A DNA stretch of 64,000 bases. It comes from Acidimicrobiales bacterium. Its GTDB lineage: Bacteria; Actinomycetota; Acidimicrobiia; Acidimicrobiales; MedAcidi-G1. The notes under the pieces were generated by a model. That model had not been told where the DNA came from and searched no databases. It was given only the letters and a program-made list of their open reading frames with translations. Positions 45,769 to 55,300 of this stretch are shown here, piece after piece. The position numbers and the translations under genes were made by a program. Numbering within the stretch: position 1 is the stretch's first letter; each line of letters begins with the position of its first letter. The stretch lies in assembly GCA_030747775.1 (NCBI GenBank), contig JASLKB010000001.1, positions 1,803-65,802 of the forward strand, given 5' to 3'.

Positions 45769-45817
45769 GGGTAATTGATTCGGTAATATTGCATATCCTT
45801 TATTACCCATCTATGGT
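45769..45817. promoter_or_regulatory. AT-rich divergent promoter/operator region; candidate leaderless promoter for the carboxylase operon
   Basis: GGGTAAT (45769-75), GGTAAT (45782-87) and the inverted ATTACCC (45802-08). TTGCAT (45789-94), 17-nt spacer, TATGGT (45812-17), ATG at 45824. Confidence 0.45.
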
Positions 45818-45823
45818 CGTCGC

Positions 45824-47473
45824 ATGCTTCGTTCGCTCCTGGCCCCTCCCCTCACGTCATCGCTGGATACCGGTACCGCCGCCTTCGCCCAGAACCGGGC
45901 CGACATGGAGGAGCATCTGGCTGTAATAGAGAGGCTTCTCGACGAGGCCGACGCCGGTGGTGGCCCGGAGTCGACGGCCCGACTCCGCTCTCGGGACAAG
46001 ATGCCCATCCGGGAGCGCATCGCCTATGTGATCGATCCCGACAGCCCGTTCCTCGAGATCAGCCCGTTGGCCGGCTACGACTCCTCGTACGCCGTCGGAG
46101 GTGGCTTCGTTGTCGGTATCGGGGTGATCGCCGGCGTGGAGTGTGTGATCTGCGGCAACGACCCCACGGTGCTGGGCGGCGCCATGACGCCCTATATGGC
46201 CAAGAAGTGGATGCGGGCCATCGAGATCGCCCGCCATAACCGCATGCCGTACGTCAGTTTCGTGGAGTCGGCCGGCGCCGACCTCCGGGTACAGACCGAT
46301 GGCAGTGGCTCAAAGCGGCGACGGGCCCGCACCGACCACTTCGCGGAGACCGGGCGGTTCTTCTACGAGATGATCGAGCTGTCCAAGTTGGCTATTCCCA
46401 CGGTGTGCGTGGTGTTCGGCTCTTCTACTGCCGGTGGCGCTTACCAACCAGGCATGTCGGACTACACCATCTTCATCAAGAAGCAGTCCAAGGTCTTCCT
46501 GGCCGGCCCACCACTGGTGAAGATGGCCACCGGCGAGGACGCAGACGACGAAACACTCGGCGGCGGACAGTTGCACGCCGAACGGTCCGGCCTAGCCGAC
46601 TATCTGGCCGAGGACGAGATGGACGCCCTCCGTATGTGTCGGGAGGTCGTGTCTCACCTCGACTGGCGAAAGGCGGGTCCCGAAGCCTCCTACGAGGCCA
46701 CCGAGCCGGTTCACGACGTGGAGGGTCTCATGGGCATGGTGTCCATGGACCTTAAGCAGCCCGTGGATGTCAAGGAGGTCATCGGCCGGGTCGTCGACGC
46801 CTCCCGGTTCGAGGAGTTCAAGCCCCGCTACGGGCCGACCATGGTCTGTGGGTTCGCCACCATCCACGGCTATCCGGTGGGGATCCTCGGCAACAACGGG
46901 GTCATCTATCCGGAGGCCGCCGAGAAGGCCGCCCATTTCATCCAGCTCTGCAACCGGCAGGACACCCCGCTGGTGTTTCTCCAGAACATCACCGGCTTCA
47001 TGGTGGGCTCGGACTTCGAGGAAGCCGGGATCATCAAGAAGGGCTCCCAAATGATCAACGCGGTAACTAACTCCACGGTCCCCCACCTGACGGTCATCAT
47101 CGGTGCCTCCTACGGCGCCGGCACCTACGGGATGTCCGGACGGGCCTACGAGAACCGCTTCACCTTCCTGTGGCCGATGGCCAAGATCGCCGTTATGGGT
47201 CCCAAGCAGATCGCTGGCGTCATGTCCCTGGTCCGACGAGGTCAGGCCGCCCGCAAGGGACTGGAGTTCGACGAGGAGGCCGACGCCGAGATCGTCCGCC
47301 AGGTCGAGGCCGCTCAGGAGAAGGGGTCGTTGGCCCTGGAGGCCACGGGCGCTGTCAGCGACGACGGGATCATCGACCCCCGGGATACCCGAACGGTTCT
47401 CGGCCTGTGCTTGTCGGTGGTCAGGACGGCACCCATCGAGGGCGCAGACAACTACGGGGTGTTCCGGCTGTGA
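45824..47473 (+). CDS. acyl-CoA carboxylase carboxyltransferase (beta) subunit, methylcrotonyl/geranyl-CoA carboxylase-like
   Basis: 549 aa. Carboxyl_trans segments RERIAYVIDPDSPFLE, VICGNDPTVLGGAM and GASYGAGTYGM. Confidence 0.92.
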   Translation: MLRSLLAPPLTSSLDTGTAAFAQNRADMEEHLAVIERLLDEADAGGGPESTARLRSRDKMPIRERIAYVIDPDSPFLEISPLAGYDSSYAVGGGFVVGIGVIAGVECVICGNDPTVLGGAMTPYMAKKWMRAIEIARHNRMPYVSFVESAGADLRVQTDGSGSKRRRARTDHFAETGRFFYEMIELSKLAIPTVCVVFGSSTAGGAYQPGMSDYTIFIKKQSKVFLAGPPLVKMATGEDADDETLGGGQLHAERSGLADYLAEDEMDALRMCREVVSHLDWRKAGPEASYEATEPVHDVEGLMGMVSMDLKQPVDVKEVIGRVVDASRFEEFKPRYGPTMVCGFATIHGYPVGILGNNGVIYPEAAEKAAHFIQLCNRQDTPLVFLQNITGFMVGSDFEEAGIIKKGSQMINAVTNSTVPHLTVIIGASYGAGTYGMSGRAYENRFTFLWPMAKIAVMGPKQIAGVMSLVRRGQAARKGLEFDEEADAEIVRQVEAAQEKGSLALEATGAVSDDGIIDPRDTRTVLGLCLSVVRTAPIEGADNYGVFRL

Positions 47474-49515
47474 GCGCCACACCCCCGACCATCACCGGCG
47501 TACTCGTCGCCAATCGTGGCGAGATCGCCCGCCGGGTATTTCGCACCGCCCGGAACATGGGTCTGCAATGCGTCGCCGTGTACGTGGACGCCGATGCCGA
47601 CGCCCCCCACGTAGCCGAGGCCGACGTGGCCGTCCGACTAACCGACAACGGATACCTGGACGGTCACGCCATCGTGGCCGCGGCACTGGCCTCAGGCGCC
47701 GACGCTGTACACCCCGGCTACGGCTTCTTGGCCGAGAACGCCGCCTTCGCCACCGCGGTGACCGACGCCGGCCTCACTTGGATCGGTCCGACAGCCGAGG
47801 TCATCGCTTCCATGGGCGACAAGACCGCGGCCTTACGGGTCGCTGAGGCCGCCGGCGTTCCCACGTTGCCCTCATCAGAGGACCTGACTGACGGTGATGC
47901 CGTGGGATACCCGCTCCTCGTGAAGGCCGCGGCGGGTGGCGGCGGTAAGGGAATGCACGTCGTGGAACACCCCGAGGATCTCGCCGGGGCGGTGGCCACC
48001 GCCCAACGGGAGGCTGCGACCGCGTTCGGCGACGACCGTGTGTTCCTGGAGCGGTATGTGCCCCGGTCCCGACATGTGGAGATCCAAATCCTGGGCGACA
48101 GCCACGGGGGCTTGGTCCACCTGGGCGAGCGGGAGTGCTCCATCCAGCGCCGCCACCAGAAAGTGGTCGAGGAGTCCCCCGCCACCACCTTGGGTACCGA
48201 CCTGCGGAACTCTATGGGCGCCGCGGCGCTCCGACTGGCCGATGACATCGGCTATCAGTCGGCCGGCACAGTCGAGTTCCTCGTCGACGACGCCGGAGAG
48301 TTCTTCTTTCTGGAGGTCAACACCCGACTACAGGTTGAACACCCGGTCACCGAGGAGGTCACCGGCATCGACCTGGTCCGGGAGCAGTTGCGAATCGCCG
48401 CCGGGGAACCGCTGGGCTACGACCAGAGCGAAGTCTCGTTCGACGGCCACGCCATCGAAGTGCGCCTGTATGCCGAGGACCCGGCGGCCGGATACCTGCC
48501 GGCCATCGGGACCATCGAGGCCTGGGAACCAGCTGCCGAGCCCAAGGTTCGTTGGGACTCCGGCGTCGGGGTGGGAAGCGTGGTCGGCATTGACTTCGAC
48601 CCGATGCTGGCCAAGGTGGTGGCCCACGGTCCGACCCGGCGGGAGGCCGCCGGACGCCTCGCCCTGGCTCTCGAACACCTCCATCTTGGGGGGGTGACTA
48701 CCAACCGGGACCTGCTGGTTGCCACCCTCCGCCACGAGGCCTTCCTGGCTGGCGACACCACCACGGATTTCCTGGAGCGCCATGCCCCCGCCACGACCAA
48801 GACCCACGATGCTCCGACGATCAACAGGGTGGCCACGGCGGTCACCCTCTGGCTGCGAGGCCGCAACCGTGCGGATGCCCTCGTCCTGGGCGCGATTCCC
48901 GGCGGGTGGCGCAACGCTCGCCTCCCCGACCCCGAGATCACCCTCTCCCCGGTGGGATGCGACGAGCCTGCTGCGACGGTCCGGTACCGCTGCGACAGGG
49001 ACGGCACTTTCCAGGTCAACGTCTTCCATCCCGAAGACAGTGGGACCGCAAACGGAAAACATCACGCGACGATCTACGGCTGGACCAGAACTGGGATCGA
49101 TCTGGCGGTCGACGGCTTACGCGGACAGGCACGGATCACCACCGTGTCGGCCGACGAACTGGCTGGCCGCGGAGAGGTCGTCTACATCACAATGGCCGGC
49201 ACCACCACGACGCTGGAAGTGGTCCCCCGCTTCACGGTGTCTGGCACTGAAGGTTCAACCGGCGGCCTCACCGCGCCGATGCCTGGCCGAGTCCTCGACA
49301 TCGGCGGAGGGGTCGGCGACCGGGTGAAGGCAGGACAGTCCATGCTCGTACTGGAGGCCATGAAGATGGAACACCACCTGGCCGCCCCCTTCGACGGAAC
49401 CGTGACCGAGATACGGGTAGCGGTCGACGACCAGGTCGACAACGGCGCCGTCTTGTTGATCATCGAACCCGACGACGTAGAGGCCCCGACCGGACAAGAT
49501 GGTGCCGATGACTGA
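47470..49515 (+). CDS. acyl-CoA carboxylase biotin carboxylase/BCCP (alpha) subunit
   Basis: VLVANRGEIARRVFRTA, KAAAGGGGKGM, EVNTRLQVEHPVTE and C-terminal biotinylation EAMKME. GTG 47470 overlaps the upstream stop (GTGA). The ORF-track extension from 47170 was rejected. Confidence 0.92.
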   Translation: MSATPPTITGVLVANRGEIARRVFRTARNMGLQCVAVYVDADADAPHVAEADVAVRLTDNGYLDGHAIVAAALASGADAVHPGYGFLAENAAFATAVTDAGLTWIGPTAEVIASMGDKTAALRVAEAAGVPTLPSSEDLTDGDAVGYPLLVKAAAGGGGKGMHVVEHPEDLAGAVATAQREAATAFGDDRVFLERYVPRSRHVEIQILGDSHGGLVHLGERECSIQRRHQKVVEESPATTLGTDLRNSMGAAALRLADDIGYQSAGTVEFLVDDAGEFFFLEVNTRLQVEHPVTEEVTGIDLVREQLRIAAGEPLGYDQSEVSFDGHAIEVRLYAEDPAAGYLPAIGTIEAWEPAAEPKVRWDSGVGVGSVVGIDFDPMLAKVVAHGPTRREAAGRLALALEHLHLGGVTTNRDLLVATLRHEAFLAGDTTTDFLERHAPATTKTHDAPTINRVATAVTLWLRGRNRADALVLGAIPGGWRNARLPDPEITLSPVGCDEPAATVRYRCDRDGTFQVNVFHPEDSGTANGKHHATIYGWTRTGIDLAVDGLRGQARITTVSADELAGRGEVVYITMAGTTTTLEVVPRFTVSGTEGSTGGLTAPMPGRVLDIGGGVGDRVKAGQSMLVLEAMKMEHHLAAPFDGTVTEIRVAVDDQVDNGAVLLIIEPDDVEAPTGQDGADD

Positions 49516-51304
49516 CCCGATTCGCATCGCCAACTGTTCCGGCTTTTACGGCGACCGCCTGTCGGCGGCCGCCGAAATGGTCGAAGGCGGCCACATCGAC
49601 GTTTTGACCGGCGACTGGCTGGCTGAGCTGACGATGCTGATTCTGGCCCGATCTAGGGCCAAGCGACCGGGCGGGGGCTACGCCTCCACCTTCGTCAAAC
49701 AGATGGAAGAGGTCATGGGAACCTGCCTGGACCGGGGCATCAAGGTGGTCTCTAACGCCGGCGGCCTGGATCCCGGAGGATGCGCCGAGGCTCTCTCCGA
49801 GGTAGCGGACCGGCTAGGGCTGTCGCCCACCATCGCCTACGTAGCCGGTGATGACCTGCTCGGTCGCCTCGACGACCTGCTGGAGGCGGGTGTGGACCTT
49901 CCGGATCTGACGACCGGCGAACCACTGACGGACCCCGGACGATTCGTGAGCGCCAACGCCTACCTTGGCTGCTGGGGCATCGTCGAAGCTCTAGACCGGT
50001 CCGCCGACATCGTGGTGACCGGTCGGGCCACAGACGCGGCCATCGTGTGCGGCCCCGCGGCGTGGCACCACCGGTGGGCCCGAGACGACTGGGACGCCCT
50101 GGCTGGCGCCGTGGTCGCGGGACATGTCATCGAGTGCGGTACGCAGGCCACAGGTGGCAACTACTCGTTCTTCACCGAAGTTCCCGGCATGGCGCGGGTG
50201 GGTTTCCCGTGGGCCGAGGTGGCCGCCGACGGCTCGTCGACCATCGGCAAGCACGAGGGGGTCGGCGGTCAGGTTTCGATCGGAACGGTGACATCACAAC
50301 TGCTCTACGAGATCAGCTCACCGGCCTACCTAGGGCCCGATGTGACGGCCCGGTTCGACACCATCGAACTCGACGAGACGGGATCGGACCGGGTGCGAAT
50401 CCACGGTGTGCGGGGAGAACCACCACCGCCCACCCTGAAGGTCTCCATGAACGCCATGGGTGGCCACCGTGCCGATCTGGCCCTCGCCCTCACCGGTCTG
50501 GACGTCGAGGCCAAGGCCGCCCTGGCCGAGAAGGCGTTCTGGCTGGCCATGCCGCACGACCCCGGGGACTTCGAGTCGGTCGAGTCACGGGTGGTCCGCA
50601 CCGACAAGGTCGACCCGGCCTCAAACGAAGAGGCGGTCGCCCAGTGGTGCCTGACCCTCAAGGATCCTGACGAGCGCAAGGTTGGGCGAGGCGTGTTCAA
50701 CGCCATGACCGAAATGGCGCTGGCCACCATCCCCGGGTTCTTCTCGGTCCGGAGTAGCTCGTCCAAGCCGTTCGGCGTCCACCGGGCGGGCCTCATACCA
50801 GCCGATCTGGTCCCCCAGGACGTGGTGGTGCTCGAGGCAGGAACAGTCACCTCCCGCACCGTCGTCGACTCGGTGGCCCCTGCCGGGTCCGTATCGATCG
50901 AACCCCGACCGGGTCCCGACACTGCCGCCCCAGAGGGGCCAACCGTGGCCGTACCTCTGGGCCGGATCGCCGGTGCCCGGTCGGGCGACAAGGGAGGTGA
51001 CGCCAACCTCGGACTGTTCGTCCGCGACGACGCCGCATGGGCCTGGATGGACCGACACATCACGGTAGATCTGCTTCGGCTACTACTCCCCGAAGCAGCC
51101 GACCTACCCATCGAACGTCACCGGCTACCAGCTATTCGGTCGCTCAACTTCGTGATCCGGGGCCTGCTTGGCGAGGGAGTCGCGGCGTCGTCCAGGCAGG
51201 ACGGCCAGGCCAAGAGCCTCGGCGAATGGGTCCGGGCCCGAATCGTGGACCTCCCGGTGGCTCTGGTCCCCGACGGCTCGATCGAAACCGACGCCGACCA
51301 ATGA
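49508..51304 (+). CDS. AtuA-like (DUF1446) acyclic terpene utilisation family protein
   Basis: IRIANCSGFYGDRLSAAAEMVEGGHIDVLTGDWLAELTM. 8-nt overlap with the alpha subunit gene. Confidence 0.85.
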   Translation: MTDPIRIANCSGFYGDRLSAAAEMVEGGHIDVLTGDWLAELTMLILARSRAKRPGGGYASTFVKQMEEVMGTCLDRGIKVVSNAGGLDPGGCAEALSEVADRLGLSPTIAYVAGDDLLGRLDDLLEAGVDLPDLTTGEPLTDPGRFVSANAYLGCWGIVEALDRSADIVVTGRATDAAIVCGPAAWHHRWARDDWDALAGAVVAGHVIECGTQATGGNYSFFTEVPGMARVGFPWAEVAADGSSTIGKHEGVGGQVSIGTVTSQLLYEISSPAYLGPDVTARFDTIELDETGSDRVRIHGVRGEPPPPTLKVSMNAMGGHRADLALALTGLDVEAKAALAEKAFWLAMPHDPGDFESVESRVVRTDKVDPASNEEAVAQWCLTLKDPDERKVGRGVFNAMTEMALATIPGFFSVRSSSSKPFGVHRAGLIPADLVPQDVVVLEAGTVTSRTVVDSVAPAGSVSIEPRPGPDTAAPEGPTVAVPLGRIAGARSGDKGGDANLGLFVRDDAAWAWMDRHITVDLLRLLLPEAADLPIERHRLPAIRSLNFVIRGLLGEGVAASSRQDGQAKSLGEWVRARIVDLPVALVPDGSIETDADQ

Positions 51305-51975
51305 CTCCAGGAACGACACTCCACGCCACCGAGTTGACCCGCCGGCTCCGGACAGTGCCGGCTCCCCGTCCCGTGCTTGACCGGGAGCGGGAGACCCAGC
51401 TCACCGACCGCCAACGCGAGGTGCTCGACCTGCTCGGAACCGTGTTCGACGATGGCTTCATCGAGCACACGATGGCCGACCTCGCCGCCCGGGTGGGCTG
51501 CTCGCTACGGACGCTCTACGACCTCGCCCCCAGCCGGGACGAACTGGTCCTCACGGTCATCGACCGGAACCTGCGCCGTATCGGTCGGACCGCCGTAGAG
51601 GCGCTGGACCCTGACATGCCACCCTTGGAGGCCATCCGGTCCTACCTCCGAGCCGCCAACCAGGCCGTGGCGTCTACCACCCCGACCTTCGCCCGCGACC
51701 AAGCCGCCACGCCGGCCACCCACCGGTTGGCCACCGCCCACTCCGACTACCTGGTAGCCGTCACCCGAACTCTGCTGGACCTTGCCGTGGAACGTGGGGA
51801 ACTCGGTGATCAGGACAGCCCACCGATCGACACCGCGGCGGTGGCTCACGTGGTAGCCGGGCTGGGTGCCATGTTCGCCTTGCCCGAACACATAGAGGCC
51901 ATCGACTCGACCCCCCGGGAGGCGGCCAACGCCATGGTCGACGTGATCCTCCGGGGACTGGAGACCAGCCCATGA
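51301..51975 (+). CDS. TetR family transcriptional regulator
   Basis: ATGA overlap with the AtuA-like gene. HTH-like segment TMADLAARVGCSLRTLYDLAPSRDEL. Confidence 0.78.
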   Translation: MTPGTTLHATELTRRLRTVPAPRPVLDRERETQLTDRQREVLDLLGTVFDDGFIEHTMADLAARVGCSLRTLYDLAPSRDELVLTVIDRNLRRIGRTAVEALDPDMPPLEAIRSYLRAANQAVASTTPTFARDQAATPATHRLATAHSDYLVAVTRTLLDLAVERGELGDQDSPPIDTAAVAHVVAGLGAMFALPEHIEAIDSTPREAANAMVDVILRGLETSP

Positions 51976-52793
51976 CCGACAGGTCCGCCACTCCCCTGCC
52001 ACTGTCAGACCTGATCGCCGACCTGGTGGCCGAACAACAGGCGCTGGACGACGTGATGGCTTCACTAGGCGACGACGACTGGGCGACGGCTACCCCGAGT
52101 CCTGGCTGGACCGTGGGCGACCAGATCGGGCACCTCACCTACTTCGACGGCACCGCCGCCCAGGCCATCACCGATCCCGATGGCTTCCAAATGAGCGCCC
52201 GGTCGCTCCTGACCATGGTCGGTACCGGCGGGGACACGCTCGACGACTTGACCCTCGGCCGGTTACGTGTCCTGTCGACCACCGAACGACTCGAGGCGTG
52301 GCGTTCCGGCCGGAACCAACTGGCCGAGGCCGCCGTCGGTCTGGCCAACGACGCCCGCGTCCCCTGGTACGGACCGTCCATGGGGGCCCGGTCGTTTCTG
52401 ACCGCTCGCCTCATGGAGGTATGGGCCCACGGACAGGACATCGTCGACGCCACCGATGGTTACCGGCCGGCCAGTGACCGCCTTCGGCACATCGCCCAAC
52501 TAGGGGTCATCACCCGAGGGTGGTCGTACGCGAACCGTCGGATGGAGGCTCCGGAGGTGCCGATCGACGTAGTGCTGGATGCCGCATCGGGTGCTGTGTG
52601 GACATGGGGTCCCGGCGACGCTACGGAGGTGGTGCGCGGCACGGCCGAGGACTTCTGCCTGGTCGTCACCCAGCGTCGTCACATCGACGACACGTCCCTG
52701 GCAACCTCTGGAGAGGCCGCACGGGACTGGATGGTAAGGGCCCAGGCATTCGCCGGCCCGCCTACTGTCGGGCCCAACGCTGGGAGGTTCTGA
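51972..52793 (+). CDS. DinB/mycothiol-dependent maleylpyruvate-isomerase-like protein (TIGR03084-like)
   Basis: ALDDVMASLGDDDWATATPSPGWTVGDQIGHLTYFD. This family is recalled to be linked to actinobacterial acyl-CoA carboxylase clusters. Confidence 0.72.
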   Translation: MTDRSATPLPLSDLIADLVAEQQALDDVMASLGDDDWATATPSPGWTVGDQIGHLTYFDGTAAQAITDPDGFQMSARSLLTMVGTGGDTLDDLTLGRLRVLSTTERLEAWRSGRNQLAEAAVGLANDARVPWYGPSMGARSFLTARLMEVWAHGQDIVDATDGYRPASDRLRHIAQLGVITRGWSYANRRMEAPEVPIDVVLDAASGAVWTWGPGDATEVVRGTAEDFCLVVTQRRHIDDTSLATSGEAARDWMVRAQAFAGPPTVGPNAGRF

Positions 52794-53578
52794 TGGGACT
52801 CGTGGAGACGACACATGGCGACGGGGACCGTGTCGGCGTGGTTACGGTGACCTTGGCCGATCAGGAGAACCGCAACGCTCTGAGCGCTGCGCTGGTGGCC
52901 GAACTGGTCGAGGCCTTGGACGCCGCCGATGCCGACCCGGCCGTCCGGGTCGTAGTGCTGACAAATCGGGGGCGGGTGTTTTGCGCGGGCGCCGACCTAT
53001 CGGAACGCTCGGGTGGTGGTGACCTAGGCAAAGGTCCTTCTCCAAAGCCCGTCGACCCGGCGGCACTGTTCTCCAGGTTCCGGCTGTCGCCGAAGGTGTA
53101 CGTGGGGCGCATCGCCGGACATTGCGTGGCTGGGGGCATGGGCTTAGCTGCCGCGATGGACCTGACCGTTGCCGACGAGAGCGCGAAGTTCGGATTTACC
53201 GAGGTCCGACGGGGCGTGGCCCCCGCGATGATCTCGGTGCTCTGCCTCCCGAAGATGCGCCCCGCTGAAGCAGCCGAGGCCATGCTGCTCGGCAACCGGA
53301 TGACCGGTGCCGACGCGGCACGGCTCGGTCTCGTAAACCGTGCCGTACCCGCCGATCAGGTGGACGCCGTGGTCGATTCGTTCGTGACCGACCTCCTGGC
53401 CGGCGGGCCGGGGGCGCTGGCGGCCACCAAGGAACTTCTGACCCGGGTACCGACCATGTCCGTCGACGAGGCGTTCGTCTGGACAGCTGGGATGTCAAGC
53501 GACCTGTTCCGGACTGACGAGGCCAGGGAGGGCATGCAGGCCTTCCTCGAGAAGCGCCCCCCGAACTGGGCTTCCTAA
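52793..53578 (+). CDS. enoyl-CoA hydratase (methylglutaconyl-CoA hydratase-like)
   Basis: NRNALS, VFCAGADL, GHCVAGGMGLAAAMD and EGMQAFLEKRPPNW. TGATG overlap with the upstream gene, GGGAGG RBS. Confidence 0.88.
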   Translation: MGLVETTHGDGDRVGVVTVTLADQENRNALSAALVAELVEALDAADADPAVRVVVLTNRGRVFCAGADLSERSGGGDLGKGPSPKPVDPAALFSRFRLSPKVYVGRIAGHCVAGGMGLAAAMDLTVADESAKFGFTEVRRGVAPAMISVLCLPKMRPAEAAEAMLLGNRMTGADAARLGLVNRAVPADQVDAVVDSFVTDLLAGGPGALAATKELLTRVPTMSVDEAFVWTAGMSSDLFRTDEAREGMQAFLEKRPPNWAS

Positions 53579-53609
53579 GGAAGACCGAACCGCTCTCTGG
53601 TCGAAGCCA

Positions 53610-54989
53610 TCAACCAGCGAGGAGCGCTGCCACGATGTCCAGCACGGCGTCCTTCCCGTCGCCAAACAGCAGCAGGGTGCCGTCGTTGGCGAACAGCGGA
53701 TTGGGGATGCCAGCGAAACCTGGGCTGAGCGACCGCTTGATTACGACCACGGTCCGCGAACCATCAACATCGAGGATCGGCATGCCGGCAATCGGCGAGT
53801 CTGGGTCGGTACGCGCCGACGGGTTCACCACGTCATTGGCGCCGATCACGATTGTCACGTCAGTCTGCGGGAAGGTCGGGTTGACCTGGTCCATGTCGAG
53901 CAGGAACTCGTAGTCGATCTCGGCTTCGGCCAGGAGCACGTTCATGTGTCCGGGCATCCGTCCAGCGACCGGGTGGATCCCGAAAGTTACCTCTGTTCCT
54001 TGGTTGCCCAGCGTCCGCATCAGGTCCCGGACGGCATGCTGGGCCTGGGCGACGGCAAGCCCATAGCCCGGGACGATGACCACTCGTTCGGCCACTTCGA
54101 GGAGCATGGCCACCTCCTCGGCCGACGTTGCCGTTACCCGGTCACCGTAGACATCGTCGGCGTCGGGTGCCCCGCCGGCGGACAGGGAGCCGAAGACGAC
54201 GTTGACCAGTGATCGATTCATTGACCGGCACATGATCTGGGTGAGGATCAGGCCACTGGCTCCGACCAGCGAACCGGCGATGATAAGCAACGGATTGTCG
54301 AGCACGAAGCCCGCCGTCGACGCAGCCACGCCTGAACAGGAGTTGAGCAAGGCGATCACTACGGGCATGTCGGCCCCACCGATGGCCAACGTCCCAAGCA
54401 CGCCAAGCACCGCCCCTGCGGCCACCAACGCCCAAAGCCAGCCCACGTCCTCGGGGCGGGCAACCACCATCACCGCGGCTACGACGGCCACGATCGCCGC
54501 CATGGCACGGACGGTGGCGAGGCCGGGAAAGCCCCGTAGGCCGCCGACCTCCTGCAACTTGGCGAAGGCCACCACCGAGCCGGTCAGGGTGACGGCTCCG
54601 ATGAGGGCGGTGAGAACGGCCGACACCGACGACCGGCTGTCCACCTGTCCAAGGTCCACCAACTCGACGAAAGACGCCAGAGCCACGAGGACCGATGCCC
54701 CACCGCCGAAACCGTTGAAGAGGGCGACCAGTTGCGGCATGGCCGTCATCCGGACCCGGAGGGCCAAAGCGACACCGATGGCCGCTCCGACGACCAGACC
54801 GAACAACAGCACCCGGAAATCCACGATGGCCCGGTCCAAGAGGGTGGCCATTACCGCGACGAACATCGCGGAGGCGCCCAACAAGTTGCCCCGTGAAGCG
54901 GTGCGCGGCCGAGCCAGGGACTTGAGGCCCAGCACGAACAGCACAGCGGCGACCAGGTAGGCAGCGTCGACCACGTCCAGCCGGCTCAC
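53610..54989 (-). CDS. pntB: NAD(P) transhydrogenase subunit beta
   Basis: Multi-TM N-terminus and C-terminal dIII domain VIVPGYGLAVAQAQH ... GIHPVAGRMPGHMNVLLAEA ... GANDVVNP. Confidence 0.93.
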   Translation of the reverse strand: MSRLDVVDAAYLVAAVLFVLGLKSLARPRTASRGNLLGASAMFVAVMATLLDRAIVDFRVLLFGLVVGAAIGVALALRVRMTAMPQLVALFNGFGGGASVLVALASFVELVDLGQVDSRSSVSAVLTALIGAVTLTGSVVAFAKLQEVGGLRGFPGLATVRAMAAIVAVVAAVMVVARPEDVGWLWALVAAGAVLGVLGTLAIGGADMPVVIALLNSCSGVAASTAGFVLDNPLLIIAGSLVGASGLILTQIMCRSMNRSLVNVVFGSLSAGGAPDADDVYGDRVTATSAEEVAMLLEVAERVVIVPGYGLAVAQAQHAVRDLMRTLGNQGTEVTFGIHPVAGRMPGHMNVLLAEAEIDYEFLLDMDQVNPTFPQTDVTIVIGANDVVNPSARTDPDSPIAGMPILDVDGSRTVVVIKRSLSPGFAGIPNPLFANDGTLLLFGDGKDAVLDIVAALLAG

Positions 54990-55300
54990 GATCTGGCCTC
55001 CGAGTCCGGCGGACCACGATGCGACTTCCTGCTGGTGAACATGGCCAGCATCCGGCCGGTGACCAGGAAGCCTCCAACCACGTTGATCGTCGCCAGCACC
55101 ACGGCGACGAACCCCAACCAGGTGGCCAGCATCGAATGGTCGGCGCCCGCTGAAACCATGGCCCCGATCAGGGTGATGCCCGATACCGCGTTGGAGCCCG
55201 ACATCAGCGGCGTGTGCAGGGTGGCCGGCACCTTGGTGATGAGCTCGAGGCCGAGGAACACGGCCAGGACGAAGAGGGTCAGGGCGATCAGCAGGCTCAC
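54986..55300 (-). CDS. pntA: NAD(P) transhydrogenase subunit alpha part 2
   Basis: 104-aa membrane protein LHTPLMSGSNAVSGITLIGA. 4-nt overlaps on both sides. Confidence 0.88.
   Translation of the reverse strand: MSLLIALTLFVLAVFLGLELITKVPATLHTPLMSGSNAVSGITLIGAMVSAGADHSMLATWLGFVAVVLATINVVGGFLVTGRMLAMFTSRKSHRGPPDSEARS

Noticed and set aside
45739-45823. A second SAM riboswitch upstream of the rhodanese-metY operon
   Set aside because: The region is only 85 nt and AT-rich. It lacks the GGCAACC/GGUGC core and the multi-stem junction.
46592-51111. Minus-strand ORFs 46592..47482, 48328..49065 and 50326..51111 inside the carboxylase/AtuA operon
   Set aside because: Antisense to strongly supported plus-strand genes. 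Arg/Gly/Pro-rich translations.
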